NCBI GenBank assembly: GCA_973895155.1
Contig: OZ316895.1
Coordinates: 20,846,803-20,910,802, forward strand
Length of the DNA stretch: 64,000 nt
Origin: Marsupella aquatica
Lineage: Eukaryota; Plantae; Marchantiophyta
Reading direction: 5' to 3'
Below the pieces are notes generated by a model. It saw nothing but the letters and a program-made list of their open reading frames with translations. It had not been told where the DNA came from and searched no databases. The position numbers and the translations under genes were made by a program. Numbering within the stretch: the stretch's first letter is position 1; each line of letters opens with the position of its first letter. Positions 22,349-34,180 of the stretch are shown here, one piece after another.

Positions 22349-23599
22349 TTAGCCATCTCCATTGCATCCACTTACAGGGGATTTTGGCTCAATCTTGACC
22401 TTAAAAAGGCTCTTTCTTAAGAGTGTTGTGCGGCCTTTAAATTTGCTCCTTTTCCCTGCATCAATATACACTCGTGCAGGTTCTATCTCTTCATCATCAG
22501 ATAAAACAATTATGTCAGTATTTGTCATCTTCTCCTTTCCTTTCTTAGACCCTGAAGAATGCTCTGCAGCCAATGCATCAATAGTCTCCAAATAATTACA
22601 GTTAGGAAATGGCTGCCTGTCTGCCAATGATACAAATTTGCCCAGAGAATCACCAAATGTCACTCCCTTCTCAGGCACCTTGATTTCTGCAAACATATAA
22701 TCAAAACAAACAGATTTTGATTCCACCTTGGATTTCTTGAGAGAACTCTTTGTTGGAGATCCCTCAATCACTGTGCTCAGTTCAGGTACATCATCATCAA
22801 CTGATTCAGAATAATATCTGCCACAACCACCACTCCAAGCTTTTCTAAGAAAAACTTCTTCAACATCAGTTTTGCATACATTGATAGGATCAATAATACA
22901 CTTCCAAAGACAAGTCATTCTCTTCCTATCCATTCCTTGTCCATTTAAAGGAATAATCCAACTTGCAGCAGGCATAAAGATCCCAGATTTCACCATCTCT
23001 GTTAATGTTGAAATGAATGTTGCATGCAGAGGTCTCTGTGACCTGTATTTGTGCCACACATACATTATGTCAGCAACATTCTTGTTTGTGAGGGTTACTC
23101 TCGACTTCAGATCTGCTCTGCCAAAAATAGAATGTAACTGTTTTCCTGCAATCACTTCTTCATCAGTAATGTTAAACAATGCTTGCTCAAAATGGGTAGC
23201 CCCTAAATCTTTCAAACAATAACCAATCATTCCTTTCCAAGTATGTAATTGTCTATTAGTCAAACATTTACACATAACTTTACCAACAGGATTCATATTC
23301 TTGACCCCATGCCAACCCATATACTTTCTCACAAGAAAACCAAAAGACCTGGCGGATTTTGTTCTGGCTCTCACAACCATCTGAAAATGGAGATGATTCT
23401 CCAGTTCTCCCCTCTCAAGTCCAATCACACCTGCCACACAATGATCAAGCATGAGACTATGGAGCTTGTGAATTTCATCCTTATGAACATCAGAACCCAG
23501 ATATCCCACAGTGATACTCAATTCAAAAACACTGTCAACTAGAGAGGCTTCCTCCTTATCCTGCACAGAAAGTCTTGCTTTTCGCTTTAAAGAAGCCAT
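22349..23599 (-). CDS. HUH endonuclease / Rep-type transposase (Replitron-like), 416 aa
   Basis: Motif I-like FELSITV, motif II GLERGELENHLHFQ (H69-L-H71), motif III GMIGYCLKD (single Tyr127, Lys130); no Walker A/B or helicase motifs; low-complexity K/S/E-rich C-terminus. Confidence 0.85.
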   Translation of the reverse strand: MASLKRKARLSVQDKEEASLVDSVFELSITVGYLGSDVHKDEIHKLHSLMLDHCVAGVIGLERGELENHLHFQMVVRARTKSARSFGFLVRKYMGWHGVKNMNPVGKVMCKCLTNRQLHTWKGMIGYCLKDLGATHFEQALFNITDEEVIAGKQLHSIFGRADLKSRVTLTNKNVADIMYVWHKYRSQRPLHATFISTLTEMVKSGIFMPAASWIIPLNGQGMDRKRMTCLWKCIIDPINVCKTDVEEVFLRKAWSGGCGRYYSESVDDDVPELSTVIEGSPTKSSLKKSKVESKSVCFDYMFAEIKVPEKGVTFGDSLGKFVSLADRQPFPNCNYLETIDALAAEHSSGSKKGKEKMTNTDIIVLSDDEEIEPARVYIDAGKRSKFKGRTTLLRKSLFKVKIEPKSPVSGCNGDG

Positions 23600-24057
23600 G
23601 TTAACTTCGCACAGAGTTTTCTAGACTCTGGAAACTGCTTTTGTGAATCTGTATTGCAAATACAAGAATTCAGTTCAAAAAGTTAAGTTGGATAAGTGTC
23701 AACTGTTTTCACTATAAAAAAAGTTTTTTCTTTTGACTCTACCACTGTTTCGTCCTCCCCTGTATTCTCAGTTGCCTGCAAAATCCGAAATGGTCCAGCA
23801 AGCAACTTCTCTTCACCTAACCTGCAAACCAAAAAACAAAATTCAATATCTCTAACACAATGTGATGACTCTTTCTCTATGTTTTCAAGGATCACTTGGA
23901 CTAAATCTTCAGGTGTGTAAGGAATGATAGTGATGTTTGCTCCTAGTTGTGATTCGCTGGACATTCCTCTTCCTAGCAACACAAGGGACAGAGCAAACAT
24001 AAGGGACACAAGACAAACACAAGTTAGCTGATGTTAGGGTGAATAATACTCATAGGA

Positions 24058-24295
24058 TGTTAGTATTCTTGACAGACTCGGACTGTTAGTACTCTTGACA
24101 GACTCGGACTGTTAGTACTCTTGACAGCCTCGGATTGTTAGTACTCTTGACAGCCTCGCACTGTTAGTACTCGACAGACTCAGACTGTTAGTACTTGACA
24201 GACTCAGACTATTAGTACTCGACAGACTCGGACTGTTAGTACTCTTGATAGACTCGGACTATTAGTACTCTTGACAGACTCGGACTGTTAGTAAG
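24058..24295. repeat. Minisatellite, 24-26 bp unit GACTGTTAGTACTCTTGACAGACTCG, about 9 copies
   Basis: Directly visible head-to-tail array ~460 bp upstream of the HUH start codon; degenerate TGTTAG units continue to ~24520. Confidence 0.9.
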
Positions 24296-26502
24296 TATCC
24301 TGGCCAAAACTCAAACCTGTTAGTAATCTTGATAGACTCTGTTAGTAAATGACCTTGATATATTCAATGTTAGAGACACCTCAAAGAACCCAAACACTCA
24401 GGACTGTTAGTAGATAATCTGGACTGAGTGTTAGAGACACCTGAGGACTGGTGTGAGACAGAGAACAAGACTCAATGACCAAGAACCAAGACTTATAAAA
24501 CGCAACACAATGTTAGAGACCACCTCCACTGACCCCAGTATCTGACAAGGGACTGAAGAGACCTCGACCAAACACTATTACACACTGGAGCGAGAACAAG
24601 ATCAAGAGAAGATCAAAAGCTGAGAGAGCGAAGGCAAGGGAAGGCAATTCTTCTCGAAGACTGAAGAACTGAATGGACTGATACAATGGAGTCCCCTTAA
24701 GTAGGAGGCATCAGGTTTTGTCTCCCCCCAGATTAAAGGTTGAGGTTTGTGTTGTCACTCAACTAAACCTTTAACCTGGAGACCAGAAAAAACATCCATC
24801 ACCTAAGTGAAATGCTAAGTGAACAGTATTGTATATTTTCATATGATCTCCAAGATACATGGAAACTGTCTCCAGCTTGTGTACAAGAGCGGAGCAACAG
24901 TCCGAGTCTATCAAGAGTCCAGCAGTAAATGAGTCCAGCCTTGTCACTGCCTCTCTCACTACTCCACCGAGTGGCCGTTCCCTCTTGCTATACGAGAGAG
25001 AAAACGAGAACAGGGGAATACTAGACCGCCGCCATCTACGGGCCTCGGATCAGTAGCGCCTCGGACCCAGCAACGACAATCAGAGTCCAGCCACAACGGA
25101 GAGACTCACCCCTCGTTGCACGAGGAGATGAGGAACTCGCGAGAGCAAAACCAAACACAATCGAGATCACAACTCTCATAAAAGCGAGAAAAGGGTCTTC
25201 AACTCTCAAGAGCCTATCCTTTTGCTCGTGTCGCGTGAACACAATACGGCCCAAAAAGCAAGAGTGAGCAAGCGCCCTGATCTCTCCTTCGCTCTTCTCC
25301 TTCACTCTCTCGTCTCGAGGCGCTGTAGCTTAACAATATCCGATCCCACCTCAGCAGCCACCAAGCTCGCGAGACAGCGAGATCAAATCAGACGAGCATC
25401 GTTGAAGAATGTACAAGAGAAAGGGACCTTAGATATGCTCCTCGTCAAATTCGCATCCTTTACCGCTGGTGATACTTCGCCTGTCCTGAGCTGTTCCCTC
25501 TTATCTGCAGCAGCAGCGGACGAATCTCCCAACCCACTTCTCACGCTCACTGCTCCTCTACCATACGAAGAAGAACAGTTGCCTCTCACTACATTGTTCC
25601 CCGGAGCCTTACAACACCATAGCCGAGCGGATGGACTGACTACAGTCGCGGACAAGAGAATTGACATGGCTTCCTTCCTGCAGCCCGTGCTGCTGATGCC
25701 ACTAATTCTATCCCCGACTCACACACTACAGGATTGGAATCGCCAACCCTCTTAGTCAGAAACAGAGCCCAAAAAACACTCCTCGCATTCAGAGGAGTCC
25801 TTCAAATCAGGAGCTTTCGCCCACCCGCACAGCTTCCCTGCTTCACGAGACGCAGCGAAAAACGTGTCAAACGATGCGCAATGCAGCAGCCCACCAATGC
25901 GACAACCGATAGCCAACTCGATCGAGGGTTCACCTCAGCAACCGAAGCGACTTCAGGCAGTCTTAACCGTGCAGCACTACCATAGCCTGTTCTCTATCCT
26001 AATGGAATTTCAAATTAGACGGAGAGAGAGAGGCGGAGCACCAACAGCTTCGGATGAGGAGCGGCAGACAATGAAAATGGGCAAGGAGCGGTAGACAATG
26101 AAGAGGTGGGCACGACACACGATCACCACACCACTCCACAAGCACGAAATGAATGCACAGCTAGCTCGAGTAGATAGCTCATACACGAGACTGAACCAAC
26201 TAATAAGTACATAAGTGATCAGCTTCGCTTGATCGAAGGAGAGCCAAGCAGGACCTATATAGCAAAGATGCATAAATATCCCACACAGAATTAATGCAGC
26301 ATGGCGAGAGGATCGCGAGCATCTGATCGAATGAGCCGGAGCAGCTAAGTAGGGCCTCGGACCCAGCAACAACGAGCGCAGCAGCGATGGTAGCAACCGA
26401 GTAAAGCGTATGGAGGACCAGCTAGCGATGGTAGCAACTTGATGTGATCAAAGCCCACCTTCAATCTATTGATGATCGATCCAGAGCAGCATCGATCACA
26501 TC

Positions 26503-26980
26503 TGCAGCATCGACAGCGAGCGCAAGAGCAAACAAAGGCAACGGGAGAGCAGGAGATCACTCAGCCGAGAAGCGGACACTCAGCCGAGAAGCGGACACTC
26601 AGATCAGATCAGCTAGAGGGAGGCGCGCAAGCTAGAGGGAGGCAGCAGCATCGATCGAGCAACATTGCAAGGCAGCAGCATCGATCGAGCAGCATTGAGA
26701 TCGAGTAGCACAGCAACGAGAATGCATCAGTCCTAGAGAAAGCATGATTGATCACATCAGCAGCATCGACAGCGAGCGCAAGAGCAAACAAAGGCAACGG
26801 GAGAGCAGGAGATCACTCAGCCGAGAAGCGGACACTCAGCCGGGAGCAAAGATCAGATCAGATCAGCTAGAGGGAGGCGCGCAAGCTAGAGGGAGGCAGC
26901 AGCATCGATCGAGCAACATTGCAAGGCAGCAGCATCGATCGAGCAGCATTGAGATCGAGTAGCACAACAACGAGAATGCA
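26503..26980. repeat. Tandem duplication (~220 bp, period ~255) with nested short repeats
   Basis: GCAGCATCGACAGCGAGCGCAAGAGCAAACAAAGGCAACGGGAGAGCAGGAGATCACTCAGCCGAGAAGCGGACACTCAG...GAGATCGAGTAGCACA at ~26504 and ~26760. Confidence 0.85.
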
Positions 26981-27237
26981 ACACGAGAGACATGAGAGCA
27001 CAACCACCATCGATCCATTGAGAGAAACCGGGGAGAATAGACTTGCAGCTCCAAGCCCCAGCGAGCACAAGCGAGAAGCTGATTTGGGTTTGGCTGCAGT
27101 AACCCCAAAGCACCTTCGATCCCCACCACTTGATCTTCCAACTTGATCCGATCCCCACCACTCGATCTTCCAACTTGATCGTGTGGTCCTTGCTGCCCCT
27201 ATAGATACCTTGCTGGGCCCTGCATTACCAATGTACG

Positions 27238-27274
27238 TTTTTTTCCGACATTGCTATATGGTGAATGCACGTTT
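27238..27274 (+). repeat. Right 37-bp direct repeat of the HUH element
   Basis: Identical to 21540-21576. Confidence 0.9.
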
Positions 27275-28336
27275 GTGTTTTTTTTGGTGCTTTGCATACC
27301 TATTGCCTTGGATACCGGAGTACTGCCTTGGATACCCCAAGGATACCCCTTCTGCTGCATCCGATACCCATATGACATCATGACGGCCTATGACTGCATT
27401 GGATCCCCTCTGCCCTCGCTGTCTCTATGTGTCTGACTTGTGCTCCAACGTTCCTTTCAATCCCCACCCTGGTCAAATTAAGTCCTAAATATACTCAGTT
27501 ACCATACTCTATTTCTGTTGTAAAATGTGCATTCAATAAGACAAAATAGGCGTGTATTAGGACGAACATGCTATATCCCGAACAACAATTACATATTACA
27601 AGGGAGGTCTGGGCACTCAGGGGTTCTAGCCTGAACCTTGCTCCAAGAAAGCTCTGGAAAAGCTGACTGGTTGCCACCAAGCAGGTTTCCTCACTTTCTG
27701 GTCAAAAGGCTAGACTAGTAACCTAGACCAGACCTCCATTATCCTATAATTTTTTTGAAAACATTGAGGATGGCTTTACAAGAGTTGGTAGCAGTTTCCA
27801 CTTTTTTATTCTCCAAGATGTGATCAAGATAGGATCAGTTTCTCCATTGGGGAGAAACTGATGCTGTTCAATTTACAAACCCTTTGGGGCACTTTCAACC
27901 TAACCCGTTGCGTAGCTACATGGAATGGAGTGGGGCCCAATTTTTAGGTGGAGTACATTTTTGCCCCAGATTTTAGACCACCACTCTTGGAAGTTTCTTT
28001 TTCTGGCCCCTTGGTCCATTCCTATTTTGAGTCATTTGCATTAAAGTGCGCCAAAAAGTACTTCATAGATCATCTCTTGTTTGAGCTAGAAAGACTCTAG
28101 CCAAAGAGTACACTTACATTCAAGTGGAGTGGGTGCCAAGTGTCTTTTAGCATATTACTCTAGCATCACTTGTTGCACTTAGCTTTACAAGACCATGGGG
28201 CCCATAAAAGGATTGATTTCCAAGAACGCATTTAGTCCTGGTACACTATATTCAGTGTGTGAAATGACACTCCAGTTTGATTTGGTGAAAAAAGCTCCCA
28301 AATGGCCTCAGTGTCTTGTCAAGCCACCCTAGAAGC

Positions 28337-28789
28337 CCTAATGAGGTGTGGGAGGTTGACAGCAAGAAACAAATGTGTAAATTGTTTGCAAGCTTGTGAC
28401 TCAGAGCAACATCAATGACTCCTGCCTCCAGGAGGCCACAAGCAATTGTCAAGCTCTGAGATGCCCTAATTAAGGAGGTAAAGATTTTTACTCTCTCATT
28501 CCATCATTTATGAGGTGTGGGAGGGTTGATAGTAAGACATAGGGGTGTAATTTGTTCGCAAGCTTGTGACTCCCAGCTGCAGCATGATTGTGGGCCCCCA
28601 GGAGGCCACAAGCAACTTTGAGGCTTTGAGACCTGCGCCCGCAGGAGGCCACAAGCAACTTTGAAGCTTTGAGACACCCTAATGAGGTGTGGGAGGTTGA
28701 TAAGCCCCACAAGCAACTTTGAAGCTTTGAGACCTGGGTGTTCCTGAGGGCACAAAGCAACTTTGAAGCTTTGAGACATTTGAGACACC
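28337..28789 (-). repeat. Tandem degenerate copies of the DUF247-like C-terminal coding segment
   Basis: CCCTAATGAGGTGTGGGAGGTTGA...GCAAGCTTGTGAC...GGAGGCCACAAGCAA recurs at ~28337, ~28508 and (partial) ~28640-28720; original at 28788-28890. Confidence 0.8.
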
Positions 28790-31700
28790 CTAATGAAGTG
28801 TGGGAGGTTGATAGTAAGACACAATAGTGTAAATTGTTTGCAAGCTTGTGACCCCGAGCAGCATGACTCCTGCCGCCCAGGAGGCCACAACCCATGGGCG
28901 CTTGAAGTACCTGGCTCTGAACTCGGCGTACAACTGATGCTTCCTGTTTTTGCAGCGAGAAGTGAGCCGACTGAGCATGTCTACCCACTGCGCGTCCGGG
29001 TAGACCGAGAAGCCCTTGCAGAGCGTGTTCCACATCACGCACACCTCGCCGTTGCTCCCGACGCAGCTTATGATGATATCATCTTTTTGCAGCAGCTTCA
29101 CATCCTTCTTCGACTGGATCAGTTTTTCCATCAGAATCAGGAACGAGGTCACGGTGAACAGCCGAGGCCCCACTCTAGGGCGGTATGGATATTGGTGGCA
29201 GGACACCATCTCGAACACGGCCAGATTCCGAAGCAGGGACTCGGTTTGATCGGAGATGCAGAGCTTGGGGAGGTGTAGCACTGCCCCGCCCCGAAAGGTG
29301 TCGACGAATTTAGTCTGGTGAATGAATGCGCAGCCCTCTGGACGTTGTGCGTGATTGACCATCCAAAGGAAAACATGAGAAACCACATGAGAAATACTGT
29401 TTGTGTTCGAATGAATGATTGATTGTGCTGGAATTCATAACTGCATCATGACTGTCATCCACAGCAGCACACCCCCAAATTGAACCTCGAGTACACATGG
29501 GGACTCACTTCAACTTCCAGCAGAGTGGCACGAGTTGCTAGACAGGAGAGGAACCCGACGAGCGAACTCAATTTTCTTTGCATTGGTTATGGAGCAATCC
29601 GCCGATTGAGACCATGAGAAGGAAATTGAGTTTGCTCGTCATATTGCTCCAACAGAAGCATCCAAGTAGCGTTTTTGGCCCCCGGGCAGCAAACATGCAG
29701 TTGTACATTGTTTAGAACAAGGTTTGTTTACGTCTTTGCTATATCACGAATTACGAACACCAGCAAGCAAACCCTGTGGCGGACCAGGTAGCGAACAGAA
29801 ACAGCATCAACCTGCAAAACAATGGCTGATTGACAAATCACAGGGAGAAACAGAACCCTAAAAAAAGAAAACTAAACTGGAAAACAATCATGGCTGATTG
29901 ACAAATCACAGGGAGAAACAGAACCCTAAAAAAAGAAAACTAAACTGGAAAACTTTGGAGACAAAGAAATTCACTCATCAGAGCTGCTTATTTCACAGTA
30001 ATAGAAACCAGTGATTCATATAGTCAAACGAAAGGCTAGAATGAAGATCAACACAAACAAAAGCAAAGGAAGATGATTCAGAAAGCTCCAAGAATACATG
30101 CTGCGTGTTCTTTTCTAATTCTAAGTTCATTTCGGCTCTATTTCTGGTGGAAACGAGCATATTAAGAGCATGAAGTCTGTTCTTCTCCTCCTGCATTTCT
30201 CGCTGCGTACATCTACTCCAGTTACTACTCTGTTGAGCTGTAGATCTCATACATCCATGTAAGACCTCGTCTTAAACTGTACTACTTGTGGATCCTGTCT
30301 CTCATAGTCATTAAAAGCTTCAAGAAGGATTTAGTAAAATTTCATTCTGATTGTTAGGCCAAAAGATTCTCCATTTCCTCTACGGATCTCTGTTTCCAAA
30401 GTTGAACTTATCCAGAACCAGCTGGTAGTTTGAAACGAACAGCAAACCTTTTCCAGAGAAAGCTAGAGACTATATTAACCAACTTTTAATGATTTCGTAG
30501 AGGTTAGTCTCTATAAACATTAGAGCGGTTCACGCTTGGCAACTGTATCTGTTCGATATAGTTGTTAATTCAGAACAAAATTCTATACGGTCTGGTCAAT
30601 GGTGAATTTCGCAATGAACACATATTTGTTTAGAATGCTTGGCGTGGGCCAGACTTATCCACATTTAGTCAAGGGCAAACAACTGGCAAATGGATGCAGG
30701 ACGTTGAACGAAATAGTCCAGCATTTATGCCAAAGAAATACACACTTTCTAATGGATAGCTGAAGGAAGACGTGAGGTGACCTGACCTGAATTGAGGCGT
30801 ATTCCAACGTTCCGCAGCTGAACAGCAGATGGGATTGTATTTGCAGGAGCCATGGCCTTCTCGTCGGCGAGAGGAGGGGGTTTATGGACATCACCCGGCG
30901 GACAGTAGCCCACAATGTAGTGCAAGCAATCCAGAAGATGATCACACTCCAGGAACCACTTGTCTTCGAGAGCTTTAGACACCGCACTCTCACCTTCGGA
31001 ACCACTCTGGAAAAGCTGTAGGTATCGATCTGTCACAACCCTCCTCAACAGATTGTTAAACAAATGATCAGCCTCTTCCTTCTTCCGGTTCTCCACGTCC
31101 GGCAACAACCTCCACACCTTGGCGAGTATGTGAAGGGAAATCTGATTCTCAAGCAAGAAGACATCGCGCCAAATTGTCGATCGTGACTCCGCGAGAAGCC
31201 TGTATAGTGCCTGCGTATGGAGTTCCCAGTAGAGTTTTTCTGGAAGAGGATGAGCATTTGTCTGGTACGAATATCTTAAAAATAGGACCAGAAAGAGCGC
31301 ATCCAGAGCCAGGAAGGTCTTCAAGATAATGGGATTCACTGGACTGGTGTCAATCTCATACCATCTGTAGGCCGTTCTCACGTCCGTTTCCAACTCCAGA
31401 TCCTCAATGAATTGGTCCCACGTATAGGCCAGGTCTGCGCAGCAATCATCAGCTAGGTCCGCTGCTAGGTTGGGATTCGAGTGGCAGATCTCGGTTTTCC
31501 GTTCATAGGCAGGAGAAATTGCATCCAGTCGGGGAAATCTCTCATCAGGTTTATTTTGGCAGCCAGAAAGAGGAGTAGCAGCATTTTTCCATTTCAGAAA
31601 AAAGCGCTGAAACTCTGCTTTGTAGTGCTCGATCCCGGGCTCCAATCTATTAGTATTCAAGCCGAGTGTCACCGTTTGCGCGTTGTACATGCACGGCTTG

Positions 31701-31816
31701 ACTCGTTTGAGATAGGGTGGGACCGCGAATGTTTCTTCGTTCCGGTATGGAGGAGGATGCCTTGTGGCTAAGCGCTTCTCTAGTCGAGCATATTTATCAT
31801 CCCAACTTGAAGACAT
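28790..31816 (-). CDS. DUF247 (UPF0481)-family plant protein, two exons: 31816..30787 and 29337..28790 (~525 aa)
   Basis: Motifs FAVPPYLK..YNAQTVTLG, FLALDALFLVLFL, IWRDVFLLENQI, HLLDCLH, IPSAVQLRNVGIRL, LHLPKLCISDQTESLLRNLAVFE, LIQSKKDVKLL, YFKRPW plus C-terminal TM helix; GT donor 30786 and AG acceptor 29339-29338 give an in-frame phase-1 join. Confidence 0.88.
29816..29952. repeat. ~70-bp tandem duplication in the DUF247 intron
   Basis: ATGGCTGATTGACAAATCACAGGGAGAAACAGAACCCTAAAAAAAGAAAACTAAACTGGAAAAC twice. Confidence 0.9.
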
Positions 31817-34102
31817 GTCGGATATATCATATGTGCATGTCAAAGTTGATCGACTAAGCACGATCTTAAAATCTAAAGTTCTACATACACTTCAAAACAC
31901 TACTGATCTTGCCCACAGGCGCGCAGTGATCTTGGTAGACTGTGTACTCGGAATCAATAATGGCCTCGTCAATTGCTCAACAATGGATTGACAGCACACT
32001 ACAGTTGACAAAATACGAGCTAGCTAGACGACTGTGGTTCTCTGTGTACAGTCAATTGGAGTCGATTCATTTGCTCAAAATTGATTGAACACCCAATTCA
32101 TTTACGATTGAATTTACATGAAAAAACTATGTTTCTCCGTAAATTACAATCAAAATGGACGATGCGCCCAGGGAGTCAATTGGTCGAGAAAGAAGTGACA
32201 GTGGACTGTTGGCTAGTAAGTCGTTATCCAATCACAGTCTAATGTTATGTTCCTATGATCAAAATTGTATTAACGTGGAGACGGGAAAGACTACTATACT
32301 GTAGCTTAGCTGTTAATAAGCTACTCCTCCGCATAGCCATTTCCTCCAGAAGGAGGGCCAGCAAATTTCATGGTGGGAAATCTATTTCGGGTATAGAAAC
32401 GTAGATCTTCACCGATAAAGTGGCGGCAGGAGTTGACAACCGGATCGTGTCTAAAGAAAACGTACTGTCTTCCTAGAATAAAAACACTAACGAAGTTCGG
32501 ACAGCAAATCGTTCAACCTAACAACCGTATTGATCCCGGCTCCACTCTCATACGGGTCGTTATCGAGTACAATGCTTCTACGCTATGTATTTCACGAAGT
32601 GCGGGGGAGTGCGGAGTGAAAGGACGGAGAGTGAGTGCGATAATTGACGGCGATCAGTGTTGATCGGCCCATCAATGACGGCAACAGTCCCAGACTATTG
32701 CAGCTCAAGCAATTATATACTAGTGGATGGATGGATAGATAGATAGATTATTTACAGAGGCTATTGCATCCGGACCAGAAGTCGTAAAACATTGTGACGC
32801 TACTGTAACGGTGTGTCTCTTTCTGGTCGACAAGGTGACGAAAATGGCATGGACGTGAGTGTGAATTTGGAAGCCTAGCTAGGTCATCGCCAGTCGACGT
32901 CTATGCGTGTGGCTAGGAGTTTCAACTTGGTAGAAAAATTCGGCATAGACCGACGTTAGTGCCAATCAGTCGCCATCTGCTAGCACAATCCAATTCATAT
33001 TATTCAGAGTGGCGACTCTGTAGCGAAAGCTAAGCTTTGTCGATCTACACAGAGGTGCAAGGTAGTATGGGTCCATCCATACATAGGTGACTCTAGGAAC
33101 CACATCCAGCTCTACACAGGTGAAGTTAGGTCCAATCCATTATCCTGAGGCCCAAGCAATATTTAGATTGAAGCCAACTAACTTTCATTTTTCATCCAGT
33201 GCAGGATGATCAATGAGCATTACAGTTTTCACCAACCAAATAAAGCGAAAATTTCAACACGGCATTTTCGCGGCTAGGCGGCCATAATTTTCAAAATTAC
33301 TGCAAAGGATCACTCAGCCAAATGAATGCTTCTCAGAAATTGGCAGCGTCGGCGGTCCAAAATTCTCAAAACCATACCTACCGAATCTCTCCGACTTTAC
33401 CAACAGACTCCACGCAAGCAATTATATGATACATCCATTCGATGAAAATCACTGGACCGGAGTGCTAGGACTAGACTCGCACACCAGGAGAAGAAACACA
33501 GAAATCGTATGGAACATCCGGCCAGACGCTTGACCTGCCGCCATTTGTCGTCAATTGAAACCAGATCGATTATTTCGCGAACATTCGCTTCGCTTGATGG
33601 GACGAGAAAGTCGCTCTTCGCCACCCCATTCAGGTGCTCACGTCCAGTCCTGTACAATTCGATATCCGATTGAAGCGTGGGCCCGTGCGCGGCGTGCGCC
33701 TCCCGCCTCGATCCAGAGTCCAGACAGCATCGTCGCCGGCCACCGCTCTACGAGACTACAGTTTTGCTCTATACCCTCTACAGAAACGACTCTTGGAGGA
33801 TCGTGTCGAGGATCGACCGACTTTCGCCATACTGCCAGTCTTCATGCTCTCGTCTTCATGCTCTCCTGACGAGAAATGCAAACTAAAGACACGGATCACC
33901 CACTCATCGAGATTGTACTTTAGTTGCACTAAATTATTAAAAAATTAAAGTCTCTCAGGCCAATTTTTAGATTGACAAGTCCCTCACCTCAATAATTTTT
34001 AGATTGACAATTTGCGCACTTACCTGACTTAAACAAATCAAGGTCTGGCTACCAATTGAGTATTTTGTACTTTGAGGTGACCCCTCGAAACTCGAGCTCA
34101 AA

Positions 34103-34180
34103 CCAAGTGGCTTAGGTCAGTTGGCCAGGGAATGAGCAGGGAACTGAAAGGTCCCAGGTTCAATCCTTGTGGGTGGTGGG
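34103..34180 (+). mobile_element. tRNA-derived SINE head or tRNA pseudogene
   Basis: A-box-like TAGGTCAGTTGG (34113-34124) and B-box GGTTCAATCC (34157-34166) at tRNA spacing; no convincing acceptor stem. Confidence 0.5.

Larger units (their letters stand above)
21540..27274 (-). mobile_element. Replitron-like HUH (Rep, Y1) transposon bounded by 37-bp direct repeats
   Basis: Intact HUH ORF without helicase; identical TTTTTTTCCGACATTGCTATATGGTGAATGCACGTTT at 21540-21576 and 27238-27274; internal tandem repeats. True termini may lie slightly outside the repeats. Confidence 0.8.

Noticed and set aside
22349-23599. Helitron RepHel or endogenous geminivirus/CRESS virus
   Set aside because: Single catalytic Tyr, no helicase or Walker motifs, no capsid ORF, and I saw no TAATATTAC-type stem-loop nearby.
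24058-24295. CRISPR array next to a nuclease
   Set aside because: Head-to-tail units with no spacers; it is a minisatellite.
23683-24959. A defined spliced second gene in the HUH element
   Set aside because: Donor at 24775 is phase 1 but the acceptor at 23822 needs phase 2; no supportable model.
34103-34180. Functional tRNA gene
   Set aside because: Acceptor and anticodon stems do not pair convincingly.
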